DNA of 64,000 nucleotides from Eledone cirrhosa (taxonomy: Eukaryota). The notes below the pieces were generated by a model. It saw only the letters and a list, made by a program, of their open reading frames with translations. It did no database searches and had not been told where the DNA came from. This document shows, piece after piece, positions 55,061 to 64,000 of the stretch. Numbering within the stretch: the stretch's first letter is position 1; each line of letters starts with the position of its first letter. Where the stretch lies: the NCBI GenBank assembly GCA_964016885.1, contig OZ024755.1:20770001-20834000 (forward strand), written 5' to 3'. The translations under genes and the position numbers were made by a program.

Positions 55061-57229
55061 GCTAAACTCTACCTCTTTCTCTAGAGAGTTCATTACAAAA
55101 AATGTAATAGAAATTGCTGTGAAATTGCAGCCATTACTGCTTACAAAGCAACCTAGATTTGGCGAGGAAGAAAGTTAAAACTAGTATCCTTAAATCTTTC
55201 GTGAATAGAAGTATATTAACCTTGTATTATAGCTACATGTATGTACTAGTATATAGCTCAAGATAACTATGTATAACACTACAATGTAATACACGACCAT
55301 TGTATTACGAAACAAACGGTGCAGCTAATAAAAAGAAAAAAAACAACATTGTCTATTATGATTGTAAAATATGAGACTTTTGTTTAGATGAGTCAAGTTC
55401 TTTTTAATGTCCATATATAACGTGTGAGTGTGTATGTGTTTGTTTACGTGTATGTGTGTGTGTATGTGTTTGTTTACGTGTATGTGTGTGTGTATTTGAA
55501 TGTGTATATTTTGTGTGCGACTGTTTGTGTGTCTATGTTTTAGCAAACCAGTTTTACCTAACATCTAATTATGAGGGGGAAAAAGGTAATCATCTCCTAT
55601 GTCAACCAATAATTAAATGTTATATAATGTCTGAAAGTATTGTAGGTGTAATAATTAAATATTATATAATGTTTGCTGGTATGGCAGGTGTAACAAACGT
55701 AGATGAGTGTCAAATATTATATGTTTTCAGGTATGGCAGGCGCAACAATCAAATATTATATAATGTTTGCAGGTATGACAGGTGTAACAAACATAGGTAT
55801 GTGTTTGTCAAATGACAAATTCATTGTTCCACATCGTTGAAATAATTCTACAGTTGAAACAATTCTTTAATTGCTTGCAAAGGTGAGTATCTTAGAGAGA
55901 GTAGTAAATTACTTGGAAATGTGAGCATCTTAGAGTAAATTCATGTGATGTGATGTGAGAATGGGGGGGGGGGGGGGGTATGTGGAGTGTTGGGACGAGA
56001 GAGAGAGTAGAGTGATCTAAATGAGAGGGTAAGTGGAATGGTGTGAGGAGAGAGAGTAATGTACTGTAGCATCTGTAAATCCAGTGGAAATTCGAGGCAA
56101 CACTAAAGACTGTCTCTTTGATGTAATGGTTTCTAATTTAGGCCCACGATTGGCAGAACTGGTAGAACGTCAGATAAAATGCTGTTGCGGTATTTGTTCT
56201 GGCTCTTTACATTTTTAGTCAAAATCCCGCCGAGGTAAACTTTACCTTTCACCTACCTTGATCAATAAAAAATCACATATCAGTACTGACCCAGTATTTT
56301 ACTGCTATATTGTTATATTCTATTTGCTGTAATTGAAGTAAGAAAGTAAAGAACTGTTCCCACTTATTTCACTTGTTTAGGTCAGCATATGTTGGCTTGA
56401 CATTTCTGGGTCTCTTATTGTCTTTACGTGTGAATTGCTGTTTATTCACAGCAAGGTAAGAAACTGTATTAACAGTTACATATCTTTTATTAGAAACACA
56501 ACACACTATATACATTTCTATATACATTTCCACGAGTGTATTATCTTGATATATTGTGTTTAAACATTGGGACAACTGTTTGTCTTTTATTGAGACTATA
56601 CTGAATACCAGAAACTTTGATCTTAACTTGTATTGTGAACGTGTATTGTGAACGTGTATTGTGGATATACATTTACAACAAACAGCTTTCGCAATGTATA
56701 GCTTAACAAAAGCTAACTCGAACAGGCTATGGCGTCCCAAAATATGATTTAAAACCTCTAATAAGTCGAGCTATTTAGTTTAGACAGAGTGGGGGCGAAT
56801 ATTAAGTGAAACCTATTCGAGTTAATTTCACACACACACAAAATTTATCCAACTTTACAGTTTCCCGTGGGAAGTAATGACTATCGAGTAACGTTACTCC
56901 AAAGACCCTTCGGAGGGACCCCATTTCGGCCTCCTGTATTCGTGATCGTATCCTTTCGGTCATTACTCAAGATTCATGACCATAGGTATTGTCTTTCATC
57001 GGAAATAGAGAAACAAAAGGGTTGAACTATTAAAGTTACATTCGTAATGAAAAGCTAAATCAGTAGCATTAACAAGAGAGAAATGTAAATCAAAACGAGG
57101 CATGGTGATTGAATTTTGATACGCGATTAAGTTATGCGACAAGTTCGGACAGATGTCTTTTAACTATAAAGCAAGTGGTGGTTGTCCCCCTTTAAAGCTA
57201 TGAGATTATTACAGTTTCAACAGTATCGG

Positions 57230-57432
57230 GAGAGCATTGGCCAACATGTTTTACAGCGTAGAGTTATGGCTCTTTAAGTTCTGAGTTCAAATTCCGCCAA
57301 GGTTAGCTTTGCCTTTCATACTTCCGGGGGTTGATAAAATAAAGTACCAGTAACACACTCGGGTCAATTTAATCGACTCCCCACCACCTTCAAATTACTA
57401 ACCCCGTGCCTCGCCTAAATCAAAAACCATTA
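57230..57432 (+). mobile_element. Older Nin-type SINE
   Basis: Degenerate consensus match. Confidence 0.7.
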
Positions 57433-57539
57433 TTACAGGGCGGGACTGTTATAAGAAATACTTCAACTACATACAACTCTCTATGTACAAGAAACAGCTT
57501 TTAGACTCATCCTCTCTTATATACTCATATATACACCAG

Positions 57540-57995
57540 GTCCGAACACAAAAGAACCAAACTCCCACTGTCACCGCTTCTCCGCCATCCCCATCTCTCA
57601 CTCTTGTGAGCAAATAGGGGTCGATGCACTGTCCGCCCCGCATCCCCGGCGGACTGAATAGAGAAGGCGTTTCCCCGGAGAACGATGAGGGAGACACGCT
57701 GAAAGAGCCATTCCAGCTCGCGAGGCTCATACCTGCGGGTAGCCAACTCTGTGCCGATGGTGGTGAGTAGGGAGGTGGCTCTAGGGCTAAGGGTATCAGA
57801 AGTCTCGACTGCCACGTGCTCGACCACAAACCTGTCGGAGAGCGACCGATATTTGGAGAGTTTACCCTCCTCGGCCCGAAGTGCAGCTGAGTCTGGGTTA
57901 GTCGCAGACTGCACGAGGTTGCCGCTGCAAGTGGCATCCCAGATGAAGGGCTTACCACCGCGGAGCGGATCATGCTGTCTGGCCGTGTGCAACTA
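57540..57995 (-). mobile_element. CRE-like non-LTR retrotransposon, restriction-like endonuclease C-terminus
   Basis: RPD..GKPFIWDATC..AALRAEEGKLSKY..VAVET..WLFQRVSLIVLRGNA. Confidence 0.85.
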
Positions 57996-58044
57996 ATAAA
58001 TCTCATGCATTCGCCCATTATGATACAGTACATGATGCTGCTCG

Positions 58045-58082
<38 letters not shown>

Positions 58083-58088
<6 letters not shown>

Positions 58089-58418
58089 ATGTGTGAGTGG
58101 AGTAAGCGTGTGTGTGTTTCGAAGCTCTTATCACAAACTACAACATTCAAGGAAGAATAACGATGTGTACGAAGTAATTTAGAGTTATCTCCCCTGCTGA
58201 AATATATTTTTGATAATATTAATTTCTAATATAGTCACGAGGTCAGTAAATAGAGAGAATGTGTGAGTGGAGTAAGCGTGTGTGTCTCGAAGCTCTTATC
58301 ACAAACTACAACATTCAAGGAAGAATAACGATGTGTACGAAGTAATTTAGAGTTATCTCCCCTGCTGAAATATATTTTTGATTATATTAATTTCTAATAT
58401 AGTCACGAGGTCAGTAAA
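58083..58418. repeat. Tandem duplication of ~167 bp
   Basis: GAGAGAATGTGTGAGTGG...GAGGTCAGTAAAT occurs twice, nearly identical. Confidence 0.9.
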
Positions 58419-58439
58419 TTATTTTGTGGGGGCGTGGGT

Positions 58440-58790
58440 GGAAAAGTCGGTTAAATCAACTCCAGTATTTGACAGCTATTCTATTTCATCCACCCCAGAA
58501 GGATGAAAAGCAAAGTTGGCCTCAGCGGGATTCGAAATCAGATCATATACGGACGTAACTAAATACTTGTTTCTTACTTTCGGCACAAGGCCAGCAATTA
58601 CCCAGTGCATTACTGGTACTTTATTTTATCGACCCCGTAAGGATGAAAGGCAAGGTCAACATCAGCGGGATTTGAACTCAGATCGTAAAGGGACGTAACT
58701 ATGCTTGAAAGCATGGCGTCCGACCCTCTACCGATACTGAAATACTGCAACACACTTTGTCCAACGCTCTACCGGGTACTGCCACTGCAC
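58440..58790 (-). mobile_element. Young Nin-type SINE (58567-58740) nested in an older copy
   Basis: The older copy resumes after the insertion; AAATACT flanks it on both sides. Confidence 0.75.
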
Positions 58791-59163
58791 TGCTCTCATT
58801 TCTGATGAAATTATCTGCAACGTCCAGCCAAGCAACGTAGATCAGGTCCTCTATTCCCGGTCAAGGATTTAACTACAGACATGAACCTACCTAAGAGAAG
58901 GTAGAACGTCGACCACAACCCCATGGAAACCCTTTTGACGCCACTCATATTGTTTGAAGTAGCAGCCAAATTTTTAAATCACACCTTACCATTTAAAAAG
59001 ATGATACATTGGACAATGTAGATCAAGCCACTTGTGTGTGGTGTGTGTGTGTGTGATACACATACAGTTATACTTTGGGAGGGTCATGCTGCCAATAAAA
59101 ATACATGCACCTGTTGATTTTCACTTCAATTTAGTATAAAATTCTGGTTGGTTTCTATATATT

Positions 59164-59206
59164 GTCAAAGCTCTTTCATCACACATTCTGTGACCTCCTC
59201 AGTGAC
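59164..59206 (-). ncRNA. Type I hammerhead about 300 nt downstream of the PDIA5-like stop, same strand
   Basis: Minus strand: GTCA-CTGAGGA-G-GTCACagaatgtGTGAT-GAAA-GagC-TT^-TGAC. Confidence 0.7.
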
Positions 59207-59492
59207 TAAATTTTTATTTTGTGTCTCTTTGTTCTGTCCTACACCATCTTGACCTCTCCACCTGACCCCCTCACTATCACCCACCAAAGTAACTATTCTC
59301 AACATCACTGTACAGCACTACCTCTACTATATCAGGATCACCTCCCACCCCCCACATGCGAACCAAGGTCACCTCCCCCCCCCACATGCTAACCAAGGTC
59401 ACCTCCCATCCCCACACTTTAACCAGGCGTTACCATGTCATTAAACCAATTTCAATAAAAACGAAACAAAACAGTTTAGAAATAGTTAAATC

Positions 59493-59498
59493 TTTATT
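59493..59498 (-). promoter_or_regulatory. Candidate polyadenylation signal AATAAA of the PDIA5-like gene
   Basis: AATAAA on the minus strand about 14 nt after the stop; AT-rich context weakens it. Confidence 0.45.
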
Positions 59499-59511
59499 TT
59501 GTAACAGTTTA

Positions 59512-59654
59512 TCATAGTTCCTCTTTTACAAATGATTTTAAGAACTTGACAAAACTATTCTTTTCATTGTTACCTGAATAATTCTGAGAGAACTCTCCAT
59601 TTTTATAAAGTTTGAAACTTGGATATACTTTAATTTTTTCAGTTATACACAAAT
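59512..59654 (-). CDS. PDIA5-like terminal exon ending in the ER retention signal KEEL
   Basis: ttttcag acceptor; LCITEKIKVYPSFKLYKNG...KEEL-TGA; cis-Pro loop YPS; KEEL terminus as in PDIA5. Confidence 0.88.
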
Positions 59655-59729
59655 CTGAAAATAGAAAGAGAGAATTTACAAACAAAATCAAAAAAGAATT
59701 TTTTAGTAGCATAAAAAAAAAATCTATAT

Positions 59730-59917
59730 AATTGTTTCTACTTTTAGCACAAGGCCAGCAATTACCCAGTGTATTACTGGTACTTTATTTTATCGACCCC
59801 GTAAGGATGAAAGGCAAAGTTAACCTCGGCGGGATTTGAACTCAGAATGGCAAGGGCCGTAACTCTATGCGTCAAAGCATGGCGTCTGACCCTCTACCGA
59901 TACTGCCAATCCACCAC
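59730..59917 (-). mobile_element. Young Nin-type SINE in the last intron of the PDIA5-like gene, TSD TAGCAT(A)nTCTATATAAT
   Basis: Nearly identical to 45452-45640; direct repeat on both flanks. Confidence 0.9.
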
Positions 59918-60685
59918 CATTAGCATAAAAAAATCTATATAATGATTGGAAAACTGCGAGATTGTGTCCAATTTATAATTGGATTACTTTGAATAAATCA
60001 TAAATTTATCTACTAAATTTCTTAGCTCTTGATTAAACATAACTAATCTTATATATAATGTATTGCTTATTTCAAGATTCACTTCTGTTAAAACTTTCAA
60101 ATGTCAACTTCCATTAGCATTCGTTATATCATAACGTTTATATTTCTGTTGGTAATCTCATTTCTCCTTTTTCGTTTTAACATATTTATTTCTAAGATTT
60201 TACTGTAGGGATAACATATCTATTTATACATACATGAGTGACACACCGAGAGATAGTGAATACGGGGCACTGAAAACATTTCTCATCTAAATCTCAACGC
60301 TTATCGTCTTTTTTTATCTATCATGGATAGATTACTGATTATAGATTACTGATTATAAAAGAAAATGTAACAGTCTTTATTCAATTTATGTGCATTTTGT
60401 CAATTTACTTTTCAAGTTGCGTATCATAACTATATGCATATATATTTGCATATAATATAAATATGTACAGTACATATGCTAGCAGAAAATCACCCGGAGG
60501 AGGCAGTTCTTCTGCTAGTATGAGTAATAAATAGAGGAATGGAGATATACTTGCACAACTGCATTGCTTTTGTGCAGGTATATCAACACAATATATTTTT
60601 TTTTTTTATCGATATTTTATTACTAAACAGTTTCCTACTAAGTATTAAAAATATGTTGGATATATTTAAAATTTAATAAACTTAC

Positions 60686-60906
60686 CTGAATTAAAATCAC
60701 AATTAACAGCTGCAAAAGCAAAATTATGTTCCTCCATTTGTTCTGCAGTTGCGAGGAACTCTGTTTTAACTTGTTCACAGTTAGAACATTTTGTGACATG
60801 GAAAGCCACAAAGATATGTGTCCCTTGAGATAAGATTTTCTGAAAGTTAGCTGCATTTGGGTTATAAATGCTACTTGATAGTGAATACCAGTTGTCTACC
60901 AATGGA
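60686..60906 (-). CDS. PDIA5-like exon, last thioredoxin domain with CSNC
   Basis: cctcag acceptor, gtaag donor, 221 nt; ANFQKIL..IFVAFHVTKCSNCEQVKTEF..AFAAVNC is a PDI a-type domain pattern. Confidence 0.88.
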
Positions 60907-61527
60907 CTGAGGAAGAAAAATATGATAGTCTGTATTAAACAAACATTTTAAGACAAAACTTAAGTGTATATTAAACAAATATATAAGTGTTTGATGGTCG
61001 TAACAAACTTCTCTTTTGCCTTATCCTCCACATCCCGGCTTTTGTTATTATTCTGACAACAATCAAGTTGGTGGTGATCATCATTCAAGCTACTTCCTTT
61101 CACTACCACCATTAATACTTCTCAGAAAGGCATCAATGTCACAACTTCATTCAATCCTATCCCATCAAAAAAATAAGTTTCTAGTTTCTTGGTTCTTTAT
61201 AAACAAACTAACTTTTATTCCTATCATTACAGACTTTAGCCAGTTGTGACCAGCCAAGTAGATGAGTAGACGACCCAAAAAGAAAGCCTCCATGTGGGTC
61301 AACATGCTAGACAACAACCAAATATACATAACCACATGACTACTTTACAGTGCAGACTGGGCATTTGCTTTAAAATCATGTTTAAAAAACTGTAAATTTA
61401 TATGTAGATGGTTGAATGTTCAGACACATTGGTTGAATTGGTTGAATGTTCAGACACATTGGTTGAATGTTCAGACACATTGTTTATGGGTTTATGAGAC
61501 AATCACATGAAACAAAACTCAACTTAC

Positions 61528-61593
61528 TCCATCAAAAATTCTGATATTTCTTTTATAGTTTTACCCGTACACTCCGACACTGCATCTCCATTT
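61528..61593 (-). CDS. PDIA5-like exon (NGDAVSECTGKTIKEISEFLMD)
   Basis: ttttag acceptor, gtaag donor, 66 nt, phase-compatible on both sides. Confidence 0.8.
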
Positions 61594-62404
61594 CTAAAAA
61601 GAAAATATAAATAAATAAATAAAAAATGTAAAAGTAAAAAAAAAGCAAAGAATGAAGCAGTATAATTTCTGTGAATCATTGTGAAAGATGTGGCTAGTAT
61701 GGTTTGGAGAAAGTATAATGTAAATTAAAAATACGAGGGTCTGCTGAAAAGTTCATAGACTGACCAAGATACTCTCATGGTATTAGCAAATGAGGTTTAT
61801 TTTTCAACAGAGTCCCTGGAAAAGAAACAATACAGTTATTAATAAGAAGACTTGAAGTTAACACTTTAGCATTTATATTTATATTTACTACTGTATTTTC
61901 GTGGTAAAGCTTTATCTTATATAATACAGAATCTATGAGATTTTGAGGTTATTATTTTGAGAACAATACCTCATCATCACTATGAGTGACCAGCTACAGC
62001 CGGTTTGAACAGAAAGCGGTGAGAGAATTCTGGCCAGATATGGCCGGTTTAAAGGCTAAAGGGTATCAAGCTCTAGTATCACTCCTTCATAATCAGCTTA
62101 TGAACTTTTCAGTCTACCCTTGTACAGGATTAAAAACTAGAGTATAGTAAAATAATAAAAACAAAACAGTTTACAATTTTACCCTAAATTTTATAATATT
62201 TTCAGGTCAAGACTTCATTTTTAAAAGTAAGGAAATGGTGACGAGGGACTAATAACAACTGAAATTTAAAGGATCATCAACAGTATGAGAAATATTGATA
62301 GATTTAAAAACTGTTTAAATATTTATAAATTTATTTAAATGAAAGATATAAATGAAAGACTAAAATATAGAGTATTCTAAATGAAAGACCAGAATATAGA
62401 GTTT

Positions 62405-62812
62405 TCATGCCAACCCTTACCAACTGTCATGAATCTTGGGTAATGACCAAAAGAATATGATCGCGAATACAAGTGGCTGAAATGGGATTCCTCTGGAAGG
62501 TTTTTAGAGTAACGTTACTCGATAAAGTGCATAGCTCAAAGATCAGAGAATCATTCCAGGTAGACCCACTACTTCTACAAATTGAGAGATCATAGCTCCG
62601 ATACTTTGGCATCTAGTTAGAATGTCTCAAGAAAGAATCACTGGACAGATTTTATGGGCGAAACCAACCGACAACAGACCCAGGGGTAGACCCCAAGCAA
62701 GATGGTTGGATAACATCCATGAGCTTGGCTGGTCTCGTTTGGGGATGGATCCACTGGAAGGAGTGTTTGAGGATTCAACCCCCAGCCTCTCAGGAATAAG
62801 TGGACGAAGAAG
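62405..62812 (+). mobile_element. Expander/Rex3-like RTE 3' fragment in an intron; relatives at 50745-51040(-) and 56885-56990(-)
   Basis: HESWVMTKRI.SRIQVAEMGFL..RPRGRPQARWLD. Confidence 0.75.
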
Positions 62813-62883
62813 ACTAAAATATAAAGTATTTTAAATGAAAGACCAGAATATAGAGTATTTTAAATAAAAAATGTGATACTCAC

Positions 62884-62896
62884 TGGAAATATTTCA
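62884..62896 (-). CDS. PDIA5-like 13-nt microexon (L-K-Y-F-Q)
   Basis: tttacag|TGAAATATTTCCA|gtgag; phases join both neighbours to give LKYFQNG, matching the thioredoxin x-K-Y-F-x-N-G motif. Confidence 0.8.
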
Positions 62897-63577
62897 CTGT
62901 AAATTAAGAGAAAAAAAAAATAGTAAATAAAAATAAATAACAAAACAAATATAAAATTTACTTAAATAGAATTTTGAATTGTTTAGCATTCATTAAGATG
63001 TATACAATTTAGGATATTATGGAGAATTTCAATAGCATAGAATGGAAAGTATTACATACTGATTAAATTTTACAAAAAGTGAGCATAATTAATTATATTA
63101 TCCCCAATATATAACTGGTACCTATTCCATTACCATTCTTCTTTCATAATTTATTCAGTTAGGCATACAAATAAACAGTTTATATTCTTTTTAATGGAGT
63201 GGGAGGCATACATACTCAAGCAGATGCCACAACAAGAGGTGCTAAAATTTATTTCTAATAATTTTTTAGGCAAGCCAATACAGTTGCAGCATTGCTGCGA
63301 GTGATAGTGAAGTTAAGAATTTTGTTGTCAATGGCTAAAGTCACCTAAATGTCTCAGACACTGCAAAGGATGAAAAAAAAAAAATAGTTGATAATTTCTG
63401 GTATTTTAGAATTTTATTCTGTTCAGCTACAGATGCAGTGACACCGACAACTCATCCAAAAGGCTACAGATGTAGTGACCCCGACAACTCATCCATCATC
63501 CAAAAGACTATAGATGCAGTGACCCAACAACTCATCTAAAACATGCCAACATGAAAAGAGAAAATATAAGAACTTAC

Positions 63578-63659
63578 AAACAGGAGATCTAGAGCCAACA
63601 AATGCTTCTGCCAAAGGTTTGTCTTCAAATCCATCCACTGCAGCAAAAGCACTAGTGCT
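63578..63659 (-). CDS. PDIA5/PDIR-like protein disulfide isomerase, internal exon (STSAFAAVDGFEDKPLAEAFVGSRSPV)
   Basis: Acceptor aaatag, donor gtaag, 82 nt; phase fits the next microexon; AFAAVD thioredoxin strand. Upstream exons were not found in the window. Confidence 0.8.
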
Positions 63660-64000
63660 CTATTTGGAAGAAATATAAGAAAATAAACTCAGTTGATTTG
63701 AAAAATAGCAAATACCTTTAGATGTTTCAACACCATAATACCCTTAGATGTTACAACAACAATATCATAATACCCTTAGATGTTACAACAACAACATAAT
63801 GTTAAACATAGCCAGACCTGTTGGATCTTTGACTGAAATATTAATATTGAAACAACTTTTTTTAAAAACTATTTTCATTTCACATTTGAAAAGAGGGTAA
63901 TAGTTCTGAAATATGTTGAAATATACTGGATAAAACATTACTTTATGTTTTATTTGTCGTCCTTTGCCCTTTATTTTAATTTTTTTCTAATAAGACATTC

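Noticed and set aside
60040-60520. Possible non-autonomous Helitron (also 17300-17806 and 11570-11700)
   Set aside because: Only terminal-like motifs seen; boundaries unsupported.

Overview
AT-rich, microsatellite-dense animal genomic DNA. The SINE types and an intron-containing tRNA-Lys(TTT) suggest a mollusc, probably an octopus or other cephalopod (inference). Almost all ORF-track entries are translations of simple repeats or transposon debris. The only clear host gene is the 3' part of a minus-strand PDIA5/PDIR-like thioredoxin-fold gene (5 exons, 63659-59512), with a 13-nt microexon, an unusual CSNC site and a C-terminal KEEL. The rest is a tRNA-Lys(TTT) with a 19-nt intron, about 20 copies of a Nin/Deu-domain tRNA-SINE, RTE and CRE-like LINE fragments, a decayed hAT transposon and several MITEs. 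The main signal is missed by the ORF track. Short 100-550 bp islands, mostly embedded in (TA)n tracts, carry type I hammerhead ribozyme motifs: about 15 loci with a full or near-full core from about 12 unrelated sequence families, plus partial ones. Several occur as head-to-head palindromes whose junctions fall on ribozyme landmarks. Some have recurrent non-canonical cores (CAGAAGA, CCGAYGA, U-U at the base of helix II), and unrelated families share 3' motifs (GTATTGAGTAC; ATGACCCTCCCAAAGTATAAC). They look like a diverse set of (TA)n-targeting Penelope-like or retrozyme-like elements. All folds were read by eye and repeat boundaries are approximate.
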